A stretch of 38,412 nucleotides of DNA, taken from the NCBI GenBank assembly GCA_965549635.1, contig CBEVHI010000002.1, forward strand, positions 1 to 38,412. Reading direction: 5' to 3'. Under the pieces are notes generated by a model, which did no database searches, was not told the DNA's origin, and saw only the letters and a list, made by a program, of their open reading frames with translations. A program made the position numbers and the translations under genes. Source of the stretch: an uncultured bacterium (GTDB lineage: Bacteria > Actinomycetota > Acidimicrobiia > Spongiisociales > UBA4744). Position 1 is the first letter of the stretch; every line of letters starts with the position of its first letter. Positions 1-7,958 of the stretch are shown here, one piece after another.

Positions 1-312
1 CGGGCTCGGAGAGCAGGATTTGGCTGACCGTCTGTAACGCAACGCGATGCGGGGCGACTTGACTGGCAGGCCGCTCTCGGGGATTCCAGCCCCCCCGCAG
101 TTCGGTCGAGGCCCTTGCCGCGATGAGGCTCCGGGAAGCCGGGGCTTCTTCGCGTCTGGTGCCGTCGCCGCTGGTCGCACCCAAACAGGACAGCGGCGCC
201 TGGTGCTGTTCATGATCTCTCGGCTACCCGCCCACCACGAAAGGGATGCCAATCGCGCGAACGGTGAGCGAATCCGCCGCGGTTGAGGTATCGTTGGCAC
301 AGAGGAGAGCAC

Positions 313-582
313 ATGTTCGAAGCCGTCGAGTACATCGAAGAAGAAGTCGACGGGCTGCCGACGGGCGTGTCGCTCGAGCGGTCGCTCGGGACGTTTCCTA
401 CCGAGAAGGAGGCGGTCGCCGCCGCCAGGGAGGCTCGAGACGCCTATCAGGGTCGCCACGAGTACGCGTGGTGGATCGCCCGGCGTCAAGGAGAACGAGT
501 CGCCCTCTGGATCGCCGACTCGCGAAGCGGTCGGGAGTTCGTCATGGACCTGTCCAAGGAGCGAATCGTCGACCTCCCGTGA
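313..582 (+). CDS. Small hypothetical protein, paralogue A (89 aa), family not recognised
   Basis: Track ORF 283..582 trimmed to ATG 313, which lies 5 nt after GAGGAG (302-307). Product is MFEAVEYIEEE...EYAWW...WIADSRSGREFV. About 57/89 residues are identical to the next ORF by hand alignment. Confidence 0.7.
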   Translation: MFEAVEYIEEEVDGLPTGVSLERSLGTFPTEKEAVAAAREARDAYQGRHEYAWWIARRQGERVALWIADSRSGREFVMDLSKERIVDLP

Positions 583-673
583 CGGATCTCGCCACCGCGA
601 AATCCACTGGATCTCGAGTGCCTTGCTGTACCGTGACGCCGCGGAACGGAGAAGGGGCAGTCAGGAGACTGCC

Positions 674-943
674 ATGTTCGAAGCGATCGAGTACGTCGAG
701 GAAGAGGCCGCGGGTGTGCCGACCGGCTCCGTCGGTCAGCGGACTCTGGGGGCGTTCTTCACTGAAACGGAAGCCGTTCTCACCGCCCGCGCGGCCCGCG
801 CTGCACATCGTGGCCGCAGCGAGTACGCCTGGTGGGTCGTTCGTCGCGAGGGAGAGCAGCTCGCCTCCTGGATCGCAGACTCACGAAGCGGCCGCGAGTT
901 CGTCGTCGATGTCACCAGAGAGCGGGTTGTCGATCTCGTCTGA
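674..943 (+). CDS. Small hypothetical protein, paralogue B (89 aa)
   Basis: Track ORF 623..943 trimmed to ATG 674, which lies 6 nt after AGGAG (663-667). Same length and same conserved C-terminal block as paralogue A. Confidence 0.7.
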   Translation: MFEAIEYVEEEAAGVPTGSVGQRTLGAFFTETEAVLTARAARAAHRGRSEYAWWVVRREGEQLASWIADSRSGREFVVDVTRERVVDLV

Positions 944-955
944 CGGCGCAGCCCG

Positions 956-1318
956 ATGATCGCTGCCTTTCACTCCGTGTGGGGCTGGGTCGTGGTGGGG
1001 GTCGACCTTGCCGTGGGCCTCTACGGCATCGGACTGACGGTCTTCAAGCGAGATCTCGGGCCGCTATTTCGCGCGGCGATGGCCATCGCAATCTCCGCGT
1101 CGGTCGTCCAGGTCGCCGCAGGTCTGATGCTGTACGCGTTCGGAGAGCGCCCCGGAGGATTCCACCTGTTCTATGGGGTGCTGATGCTCGTGGCGGTGAC
1201 GTTCGCGTATGTCTATCGATCCGAGTTGAACAAGAAGCGAGCGGCGCTGCGCTGGGGTCTGTTTGCTCTCTTCCTCATGGGTCTGGGGCTGAGAGCGATC
1301 ACCACGTTCGCCGGGTAA
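956..1318 (+). CDS. Small integral membrane protein (about 4 TM helices), hypothetical
   Basis: The 120-aa ORF starts 13 nt after paralogue B. Four hydrophobic stretches are separated by short charged loops. Confidence 0.6.
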   Translation: MIAAFHSVWGWVVVGVDLAVGLYGIGLTVFKRDLGPLFRAAMAIAISASVVQVAAGLMLYAFGERPGGFHLFYGVLMLVAVTFAYVYRSELNKKRAALRWGLFALFLMGLGLRAITTFAG

Positions 1319-1367
1319 CGCCGGTGCGCACAGGGAGTACCAATAGGGAGTCTGAAGAGGTGGAGAG

Positions 1368-2144
1368 ATGTTGCTGGCAAGAAAACGGTTCCTGATCACC
1401 GGCGTGCTGACCGACGATTCGATCGCCTGGCATGCAGCTCGGATAGCACAAGAAGAGGGTGCCGAGGTGCTGCTGACCGGCTTCGGACGAGGGCTGCGAC
1501 TGACGCAGCGCTCGGCCCGCCGCCTCCCCAGCCCTCCGGACGTCATCGAACTCGACATCAACGACCCTGCCCATGTCCAGGGCCTGACCGATGACATAGT
1601 GCAGCGCTGGGGAAGCCTCGATGGAGCGCTCCACGCCATAGCCTTCGCGCCCGAGGACGCGCTCGGCGGCAACTTCTTGACGACACCGCCCGAGAGTGCC
1701 CAGACGGCGTTCATGACTTCGGCGTTCTCCTTCAAGACGCTCGCCGCCGCACTCGCCCCACTGATGTCGTCGGGGGGCTCGCTCGTGACGCTCGACTTCG
1801 ACAACCGGCAGGCGTGGCCGGCCTACGACTGGATGGGAGTCGCCAAAGCTGCTCTCGAGTCGGTGACGCGCTATCTCGCTCGAGACCTCGGGGCCTCCGC
1901 AATCCGGGTGAACGCGGTGGCCGCCGGGCCGCTTGGTACGGTTGCGGCACGGTCCATTCCCGGATTCGCCAGATTCGACGACGTCTGGGCCGAGCGGGCC
2001 CCGCTGCGATGGGACGTGGCCGATCCTTCGCCGGTGGCGCGTATGGTGTGCCTCCTGCTGTCGGATTGGACCAAGATGACGACCGGCGAGCTCATCCATG
2101 TCGACGGCGGATTCCACGCCATCGCGGCTGGGAGCTCGGACTAG
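1368..2144 (+). CDS. fabI: NADH-dependent enoyl-ACP reductase, InhA/FabI type
   Basis: Collinear resemblance to mycobacterial InhA as I remember it: KR(I/F)L(V/I)(S/T)G(I/V)(I/L)TD(S/D)SIA(F/W)H N-terminus, W..VAK.ALES..R(F/Y).AR, C-terminal LLSDW...TTG..I..DGG. Confidence 0.9.
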   Translation: MLLARKRFLITGVLTDDSIAWHAARIAQEEGAEVLLTGFGRGLRLTQRSARRLPSPPDVIELDINDPAHVQGLTDDIVQRWGSLDGALHAIAFAPEDALGGNFLTTPPESAQTAFMTSAFSFKTLAAALAPLMSSGGSLVTLDFDNRQAWPAYDWMGVAKAALESVTRYLARDLGASAIRVNAVAAGPLGTVAARSIPGFARFDDVWAERAPLRWDVADPSPVARMVCLLLSDWTKMTTGELIHVDGGFHAIAAGSSD

Positions 2145-2168
2145 TGGTGTGTCGCTCAATCAGTGTCA

Positions 2169-2193
2169 GGGCGTCTCCGAGCCGGAGAGACCC
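2169..2193. terminator. Candidate bidirectional hairpin between convergent fabI and the histidine kinase
   Basis: TCTCCG(2174-2179)-AGC-CGGAGA(2183-2188) forms a perfect 6-bp stem flanked by GGG/CCC. It is the only obvious structure in the 73-nt convergent spacer. There is no U-tract. Confidence 0.35.
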
Positions 2194-2217
2194 GACCATC
2201 ACTTGGGCGACGGACCA

Positions 2218-3996
2218 CTAGGACGGCTCGGCTGAGCGTCGCGCCGAAGGGGTGTTGGGTGGTGCCTTCGGCAGCCATACCTCGAAAGTGGCTCCGCCAC
2301 CCGGCGTGTCCTTGACTCTGACCGTTCCGCCGATCACTGCGACCAGACCCCGAACGATGGCAAGACCCAAACCCGTTCCGCCCTGCTTGCGGGTCGATGT
2401 TGGTCCAAGCTGAGTGAACCGCTCGAAGATCTGGTCTCGCATCTCCGCAGGGATGCCTGGCCCGTGATCTACCACCGCCAGCGTTGCCGATCCCGGTTCT
2501 TCGGTGGCGGTCACCTGGACAGGGCTGTTCCCGGCGTGACGGAGCGCGTTCTCGACCAGGTTGATCACGATCCGCTGGAGGTGATCGGGGTCGGCGTGCA
2601 AGCTGATCGGTGGGACATCGACTTCAACTCGGCCGGCGTCGGGAATGTCTGCGACAGCGGAAGTGACGAGTGCCTCGAGGTCGACGGGTTCGGAGCGGGT
2701 GGGAAGCGCCTTCCCCTCGATACGGGAGACGATCAGGAGATCTTCGATCAGTCGCCGTAGCCGGTCTGCCTGGGAGCGCGCGGAATCGAGTAGGTCTTTG
2801 GCCATGTCATTGGCGGGCATGAGCTCTGGACGGGTCAGCGTCGCCAGAGAACCGATGATCGATGTGAGCGGCGTGCGCAGCTCGTGGCTGACCACGGACA
2901 CGAAGTCGGTCTTCATCGTCGCCAGTTCCTCCATCTTCCTACTGGTCTGGGCCGCCTCTTCGATCCGCTCGAGCTGGGCGATCGCCAGAGCCGTAGGAGT
3001 CGAGAGCGAAACCAGCGTCTCTAGATCGTCCTGGGTGAAACGGCCATCCGCCTTATCGGCGAGGACCATGACCCCTAGTGTGCGATCTTCGACTTTCATC
3101 GGGGCGGCGATCGCGTTGTGTACGCCGAGCTCACCAAGGAGGCCATGGATGTCGGGGTCTCTGTCGATGTTCTCGAAGATCGTTGGAACACCTGACATGT
3201 AGACCCGTTCCAGGTCGCCGGCGTTGCGAAGCGGAATCCTGTACTCGTCCACTTCCAGCGCATTGCCCACTGTCCAGATCGGACTCATGACGTTGAGGAA
3301 CGGTCGGTACGGGTCCCGGAGAGCGAGCACCCCGACCTGGGCGTGGAGGTACTCGCCGATTCGTCCCACCAGCACCGGGAGCGCCTCTCCGACCGTCTCG
3401 GCAGCCGAGGTCGCCGTCGACACCTCATACAGCCTTGCCATGTCGGACTCTCGAGCTCCCAGGATCTCGAGACGCTCTGTCGCCAGACGGCTCTCTCTGC
3501 GAAAGCCGCGAGTCAGGGCGCCGACGGCCAACGCCACAGCGCCAACTGCGACGAGAGGGACGATGACATCCGCCGGCTGGTCGCCGTTGGTCCAGGCTAC
3601 GGCCAGATAGGAGGCACCAGCCAGAGTGCTGATGACGATATGCGAGGCGAGTCCCATCATGACGGCCGAGAGAGCGACGACCGCCAGATCTGCTGCGAGG
3701 ACTGCCGACTGCATTTCGGGGATGGTGCCTGCTGCGGTCAAGCCGGCGACGACGATGGCGAAGAGCAGCCAGAGCAGGAGTCTGCCGATCCACCGATGGA
3801 TCAGCCGTGTCCACTGCAGCGCTGCGAGGAGGACGATCGCGACCAGAATGAGTGCAGCCGGGCCCCACAGTCGCACGTCGCCGGCAACACCGTTGAGATA
3901 CGCGGTGACGACGACGGCAATGATGAGCATCGTCAGGATGCGCATACCCAGTGTCGCCGTCCTTGTCCTGGAGTCAGGCCGCTGCACGTCGCCCAT
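2218..3996 (-). CDS. Membrane-bound sensor histidine kinase with GAF domain (polytopic N-terminus - GAF - HisKA - HATPase)
   Basis: H-box SHELRTPLTSIIG, N-box LVENALRHAG, G1 DHGPGIP, G2 GGTGLGLAIV. About 5-6 hydrophobic helices occupy the first ~170 aa. No response regulator occurs anywhere in the window. Confidence 0.9.
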   Translation of the reverse strand: MGDVQRPDSRTRTATLGMRILTMLIIAVVVTAYLNGVAGDVRLWGPAALILVAIVLLAALQWTRLIHRWIGRLLLWLLFAIVVAGLTAAGTIPEMQSAVLAADLAVVALSAVMMGLASHIVISTLAGASYLAVAWTNGDQPADVIVPLVAVGAVALAVGALTRGFRRESRLATERLEILGARESDMARLYEVSTATSAAETVGEALPVLVGRIGEYLHAQVGVLALRDPYRPFLNVMSPIWTVGNALEVDEYRIPLRNAGDLERVYMSGVPTIFENIDRDPDIHGLLGELGVHNAIAAPMKVEDRTLGVMVLADKADGRFTQDDLETLVSLSTPTALAIAQLERIEEAAQTSRKMEELATMKTDFVSVVSHELRTPLTSIIGSLATLTRPELMPANDMAKDLLDSARSQADRLRRLIEDLLIVSRIEGKALPTRSEPVDLEALVTSAVADIPDAGRVEVDVPPISLHADPDHLQRIVINLVENALRHAGNSPVQVTATEEPGSATLAVVDHGPGIPAEMRDQIFERFTQLGPTSTRKQGGTGLGLAIVRGLVAVIGGTVRVKDTPGGGATFEVWLPKAPPNTPSARRSAEPS

Positions 3997-4066
3997 GGCG
4001 TCCAGTATGGTCGGCGTCGGCGATGATGAGGGGTAATCTCACGCCGAAGCAAACCAGGGTGGGACC

Positions 4067-4777
4067 GTGGCGTTGACAACGATGGCCGGCTTGTTCGGTG
4101 AGCGCTACGGACAAGGCCCGCTCCGGTACGTGGCCCTCCACGGGTGGGGGAGGGATCACACCGACTTCTCGAAGGCTCTCGATGGCGTGCCCGCCATTGC
4201 CCTGGATCTCCCCGGCTTTGGAGCCACGCCGACTCCTCCGACCGCCACGGGGACGGCCGAGTACGCGCAGGCGATCGTGCCGGTGATCGAGTCGCTTCCG
4301 GCGGCGCCAGTCCTGATCGGGCACTCGTTCGGTGGCCGCCTGGCCTTGCACCTGGCGACGAAAGGCCTCGCCTCCGGGTTGGTGTTGATTGGTGTTCCCC
4401 TCCTGCGACTCGGTGAGCAGCGACGGCCACCGATGGGATATCGGCTGCGGAAGGCCCTGCGCTTCGTGCTCGGGGAGGAGGGAGTGGAGCGGGCCAGGCA
4501 CCGCTATGGCTCCGCCGACTATCGGGCCGCGAGCGGCGTCATGCGCGACATCCTGGTTGCAGCGGTGAACGAGAGCTACGAGGAGCTCCTGCCCCAGGTT
4601 GGCTGTCCGACCGAGCTCGTGTGGGGGAGTGAGGATGGCGAGGTGCCGATCGAGGTCGCACGGGCCGCGATCGAGCTGATCCCCGATGCACGCTTGACGG
4701 TCGTTCCCAGTGTGGGGCACCACGTGCTGCTGGCTGCACCGGAGGCGGTCAGGGAGATTCTCGCGAGGATGCCATGA
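4067..4777 (+). CDS. Alpha/beta-fold hydrolase
   Basis: HGWG oxyanion-type motif, nucleophile elbow GHSFGG, and a late VGHH histidine. GTG 4067 is the track start; ATG 4082 is an alternative. The stop overlaps the next start (ATGA at 4774-4777). Confidence 0.8.
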   Translation: MALTTMAGLFGERYGQGPLRYVALHGWGRDHTDFSKALDGVPAIALDLPGFGATPTPPTATGTAEYAQAIVPVIESLPAAPVLIGHSFGGRLALHLATKGLASGLVLIGVPLLRLGEQRRPPMGYRLRKALRFVLGEEGVERARHRYGSADYRAASGVMRDILVAAVNESYEELLPQVGCPTELVWGSEDGEVPIEVARAAIELIPDARLTVVPSVGHHVLLAAPEAVREILARMP

Positions 4778-6264
4778 TCGACGCCGCCGTCCTCTTCTCG
4801 GCGCTCGTGGCGTCGGCGATTGCGGCGATTCGATGGCTCCGTGTGGCACAGAGGGAGCACTACCTCCCGGGATCGGTTGGCAGATTCGCGGCACGATGGT
4901 GGAAGAGCCGAGGTGTCAACCTCGTGGGTCTGGCGCTCGCGATCGGCGGGGCGGTCGCCTCGGTCTGGTTCCGTCCACTGGGCTTGGTGACGGTCCTGGT
5001 GGTGCTCGCCGGTCCGTGGGGACTGGGGCTTCGGGGGCGCACGTCGCCGCTTGCGTGGACACCGCGATTGCGGCGTGTGGCCGGTGTTTCGGCCTTCCTG
5101 GTGGCGGTACTCTCGATCGCGACGAAGTCGGCCCCGATCGCCGTCTTCGTGACTTTGGCGCTGCCCCTGCTCGTCGACGGCGCACTGGCGATCCTGTGGC
5201 CGCTGGAATCGAGATGGAGTGCCCGGTTCGTGCGTGACGCCTCGCGTCGGCTTGCGGCGGTCGCCCCCGTTGTCGTGGCGATCACCGGTTCGTTCGGCAA
5301 GACGTCCACGAAGACCTACGCGGGCCGGATGCTGCAGCGACGCCGTGAGACGGTCGTCAGCCCGGCGAGTTTCAACAACCGCCTCGGGCTGGCCCGATCG
5401 ATCAACGAACAGCTGGCGTCGGGGACGGAGGTCTTCGTCGCCGAGATGGGGACGTACCGTCGTGGCGAGATCAGGGAGCTGTGCTCCTGGATCCCACCGA
5501 CCGTGTCGGTGATCACCGGGATCGGTCCTGTCCATCTCGAGCGTTTCGGGACGCTGGACGAGGTCGCTGCCGCAAAGGCGGAGATCGTCGACGATGCAGC
5601 ATCGCTTGTGCTCAACGTGGACTACCCCCGGCTTGCCGCCCTCGCGACGGCAGAAGAGAGCCGCAGGCAGGTGATCCGTTGCTCGGTCGTATCACCGAGC
5701 GCCGACGTGTTCATCGGTCCGGACGCCCAGGTAAGGGTCCACGGCCGTGTGATCGGCGCGATCGAAACCGGTGAGGGATTCCCCGGGAACGTCGCGTGCG
5801 CCATTGGCGTACTGATCTCCCTCGGGATGACACCGGATGCCCAGGATCTCGCCACCATGGAACGGCCGCTTCATCGCCAGCAGATCGCGACGGCAGCTTC
5901 AGGTGCGATCGTGATCGATGACACCTACAACGCCAATCCGGCGGGTGCGCAGGCGGCTCTGGCAGCACTCGACCGGCACGCGTCGGACGGGTCGCGGCGA
6001 GTCATCGTCACTCCCGGGATCGTCGAGCTGGGTCGCGACCAGTACGCGGAGAACGTCGAACTGGCCGCCCGAGCGGCGCAGACGGCGACCGACATCGTGA
6101 TCGTGGGTCGCACCAATCGCAAGGCCCTGCTGGAAGGATCGCGACGAGCGAGGTCGGTTAAGGTTGTCGACTCTCGCGAAGAAGCGGTTGCCTGGGTGCG
6201 GGGAACACTTGGCCCCGGCGACGTGGTCCTCTACGAGAACGATCTACCCGACCACTATCCGTGA
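4774..6264 (+). CDS. Mur ligase family protein, MurF-like central and C-terminal domains, with a ~165-aa polytopic membrane N-terminus
   Basis: P-loop ITGSFGKTSTK, AEMGTYRRGEI, ITGIGPVHLERFG...AAAKAEI, DDTYNANP. The first ~165 aa hold about five hydrophobic helices in place of a soluble N-domain. Confidence 0.85.
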   Translation: MIDAAVLFSALVASAIAAIRWLRVAQREHYLPGSVGRFAARWWKSRGVNLVGLALAIGGAVASVWFRPLGLVTVLVVLAGPWGLGLRGRTSPLAWTPRLRRVAGVSAFLVAVLSIATKSAPIAVFVTLALPLLVDGALAILWPLESRWSARFVRDASRRLAAVAPVVVAITGSFGKTSTKTYAGRMLQRRRETVVSPASFNNRLGLARSINEQLASGTEVFVAEMGTYRRGEIRELCSWIPPTVSVITGIGPVHLERFGTLDEVAAAKAEIVDDAASLVLNVDYPRLAALATAEESRRQVIRCSVVSPSADVFIGPDAQVRVHGRVIGAIETGEGFPGNVACAIGVLISLGMTPDAQDLATMERPLHRQQIATAASGAIVIDDTYNANPAGAQAALAALDRHASDGSRRVIVTPGIVELGRDQYAENVELAARAAQTATDIVIVGRTNRKALLEGSRRARSVKVVDSREEAVAWVRGTLGPGDVVLYENDLPDHYP

Positions 6265-6275
6265 GGAGCGATCCG

Positions 6276-7367
6276 ATGAGCAATCTGGCCGTCGTCTTTG
6301 GCGGACCCTCGCCCGAGCACGACATCAGCATCCTCACGGGCCTTCAGGCGAGCAGAACGCTCGCGGACGCCGGACGCAGCGACGTGATGGCGATCTACTG
6401 GGCGAAGAGCGGAGCATGGTTTGCGGTCGAGCCGACTCTGGAGGCAATCGACTTCGCCGACGGTGTTCCCCGACGTGCAAAGCCGCTGCGCTTCGTTGCG
6501 GAACCCGGTGCCGGATTCCTCGATAGAAGGAAACCCCTGGGGGTCGACGTCGTGGTGAATTGCTGTCACGGTGCCCCCGGGGAGGATGGGACGCTGCAAG
6601 GGTCCCTCGACCTCGCAGGGATCCGCTACACGGGTCCCGGCGCTGCCGGGTCGGCGCTCGGAATGGACAAGCTCGCCTTCGGCGCGGTCGTCCAGTCGGC
6701 CGGTTTGCGCTCCGTTCCCCGGATGCTGCTCGAATCGCAGGCCGACTGGGGCGAGTCTCCGCCGTTCATCGTCAAGCCCCGTTTCGGAGGCTCGTCGATC
6801 GGCATCCAGGTCGTCGACGGGATGGAGACGGCCCGTGCGCTCCTTGCCACATCGGCACATCTGAAGGACGGGGCCGTGATCGAACCGTTCATCGAGGGAA
6901 GTCGGGACTACAACATCGCCGTGCGCACCTATCCGGGTGTGCAGCTCAGTGCAATCGAGGCGCCGGTCAGAAGCGGTCCGGATGGTTCCATCTACAGCTA
7001 CGAGCAGAAGTATCTGGGCGGCGGTGGCCTGGAAGGGTCGGCGAGGGAGATCCCTGCCGACCTCCCTGAAGAGATCGCTACCTACATTCGACATGCTGCA
7101 GCCGTCGTCGCGGGAGTGGTTGGTGTCCGGTCGGTGGCCCGGGTCGATTTCCTGGTTCGGGGAGACGATGTCTGGGTGAACGAGATCAACACGATTCCTG
7201 GCAGCCTGGCCGCCTACCTCTGGGTCGATCCCCCCCTGAGTCGCCAGACGCTGCTCATGGACATCGTCACCGAAGCCGAGAAACAGCCGATCCGACGGTT
7301 TACCACCATCGGATCGGACGGCACGGCGCTTCGCAACGCCGGCACGATCGCGGCCAAGCTCGGCTGA
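6276..7367 (+). CDS. ddl: D-alanine--D-alanine ligase (ATP-grasp)
   Basis: VVFGGPSPEHDISILTG, HGAPGEDGTLQGSLDLAGIRYTG, DKLAF, VKPRFGGSSIG, YEQKYL, EINTIPG. ATG 6276 lies 7 nt after GAGGAG (6263-6268). The track start GTG 6261 overlaps the upstream stop. Confidence 0.9.
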   Translation: MSNLAVVFGGPSPEHDISILTGLQASRTLADAGRSDVMAIYWAKSGAWFAVEPTLEAIDFADGVPRRAKPLRFVAEPGAGFLDRRKPLGVDVVVNCCHGAPGEDGTLQGSLDLAGIRYTGPGAAGSALGMDKLAFGAVVQSAGLRSVPRMLLESQADWGESPPFIVKPRFGGSSIGIQVVDGMETARALLATSAHLKDGAVIEPFIEGSRDYNIAVRTYPGVQLSAIEAPVRSGPDGSIYSYEQKYLGGGGLEGSAREIPADLPEEIATYIRHAAAVVAGVVGVRSVARVDFLVRGDDVWVNEINTIPGSLAAYLWVDPPLSRQTLLMDIVTEAEKQPIRRFTTIGSDGTALRNAGTIAAKLG

Positions 7368-7374
7368 GCGGCGC

Positions 7375-7608
7375 TTACAGGTTGACGATCGGGCAGGTCA
7401 GCGTTCGAGTGATCCCTTCGATCGACTGGATTCGGGCAACCACGAGTTTGCCGAGCTGGTCGACGGTCTCGGCCGAAGCCTTGACGATGACGTCATACGG
7501 ACCGGTCACATCATCGGCGTGCTCGACTCCGACGATGCGGCGTGCCTCGTCGGCGACATGTGCGGCCTTGCCCACCTCTGTCTGGATCAACACATACGCT
7601 TGGACCAC
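7375..7608 (-). CDS. Stand-alone Lrp/AsnC-type ligand-binding (RAM) domain protein, 77 aa
   Basis: Track ORF 7375..7818 trimmed to GTG 7608, which lies 5 nt after GAGGAGG (7620-7614 on the minus strand). Product VQAYVLIQTEVGK...VTGPYDVIVKA...IEGITRTLT is a typical RAM fold sequence with no HTH. Confidence 0.75.
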   Translation of the reverse strand: MVQAYVLIQTEVGKAAHVADEARRIVGVEHADDVTGPYDVIVKASAETVDQLGKLVVARIQSIEGITRTLTCPIVNL

Positions 7609-7690
7609 CGGGACCTCCTCTGGGGTATGTGCTGTCGATCTTACCGCAGCGCCTCGGTGTGCGTGCCCCCGAATCTGCGGCGAGTCTGTC

Positions 7691-7903
7691 TCAGGTGCCT
7701 TCAGAACCGACGCGGAGACTCCGGGCTGTTGGGCTCCCGTCCACCACGTCGACATCGAACACGATCCGCTGACCCTGGCGGAGGGAGCGGAAGATGCTTC
7801 CTTCCAGTGACGACCCATCGAGGATCACCTCGGAACGGTCGGTGTCGGTGACGACGATGCCGAGACCTGTCGTGGAGTCGAAGAGTTTCACAACACCTTG
7901 CAT
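7691..7903 (-). CDS. Cold-shock-domain-like protein (divergent), 70 aa
   Basis: MQGVVKLFDSTTGLGIVV...FRSLRQGQRIVFDV follows the Csp pattern (GTVKWFN..KGFGFI...F..L..GQ.V.F). The RNP1/RNP2 aromatic residues are replaced. ATG 7903 is the first ATG of the track ORF; no clear SD. Confidence 0.6.
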   Translation of the reverse strand: MQGVVKLFDSTTGLGIVVTDTDRSEVILDGSSLEGSIFRSLRQGQRIVFDVDVVDGSPTARSLRVGSEGT

Positions 7904-7958
7904 GACGGCGAGTGTAGTGGTGGAGGCAGCCCCGGTCTGCAATCGGGACAGGGCCGTC

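Larger units (their letters stand above)
300..943 (+). repeat. Tandem gene duplication, unit about 361 bp, each unit consisting of SD + 89-codon ORF
   Basis: ATG 313 and ATG 674 open two equal-length ORFs. They align without gaps, and their nucleotide blocks are near-identical (e.g. tggatcgccgactcgcgaagcggtcgggagttcgtc versus tggatcgcagactcacgaagcggccgcgagttcgtc). Confidence 0.8.

Noticed and set aside
166-198. 8-bp GC-rich hairpin CGCCGCTG...CAGCGGCG in the left-edge non-coding region
   Set aside because: Short GC-rich stems are frequent by chance here. It is not positioned directly after any recognisable stop codon, and no U-tract follows.
1-213. Edge-running reading frames: a plus-strand frame ending at TAA 32-34, and a minus-strand ATG at 213 running off the left edge
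   Set aside because: Too short or too low in complexity to identify. The plus-strand fragment (…GLGEQDLADRL*) may be the tail of an upstream gene but cannot be supported from 11 codons.
246-959. 237-aa plus-strand ORF spanning both small paralogue genes; the ORF at 47..286 is similar
   Set aside because: Arg/Ser/Pro/Gly-rich low-complexity translation typical of wrong-frame ORFs in high-GC DNA. It overlaps two SD-preceded, mutually conserved ORFs in another frame.
6276-7367. Possibility that HK + Ddl + MurF paralogue is a vancomycin-type (D-Ala-D-Lac) resistance cassette
   Set aside because: No vanH-like dehydrogenase, vanX-like dipeptidase or response regulator is present. The ligase also keeps the Lys-Tyr (EQKYL) signature that, from memory, marks dipeptide-forming Ddl enzymes.
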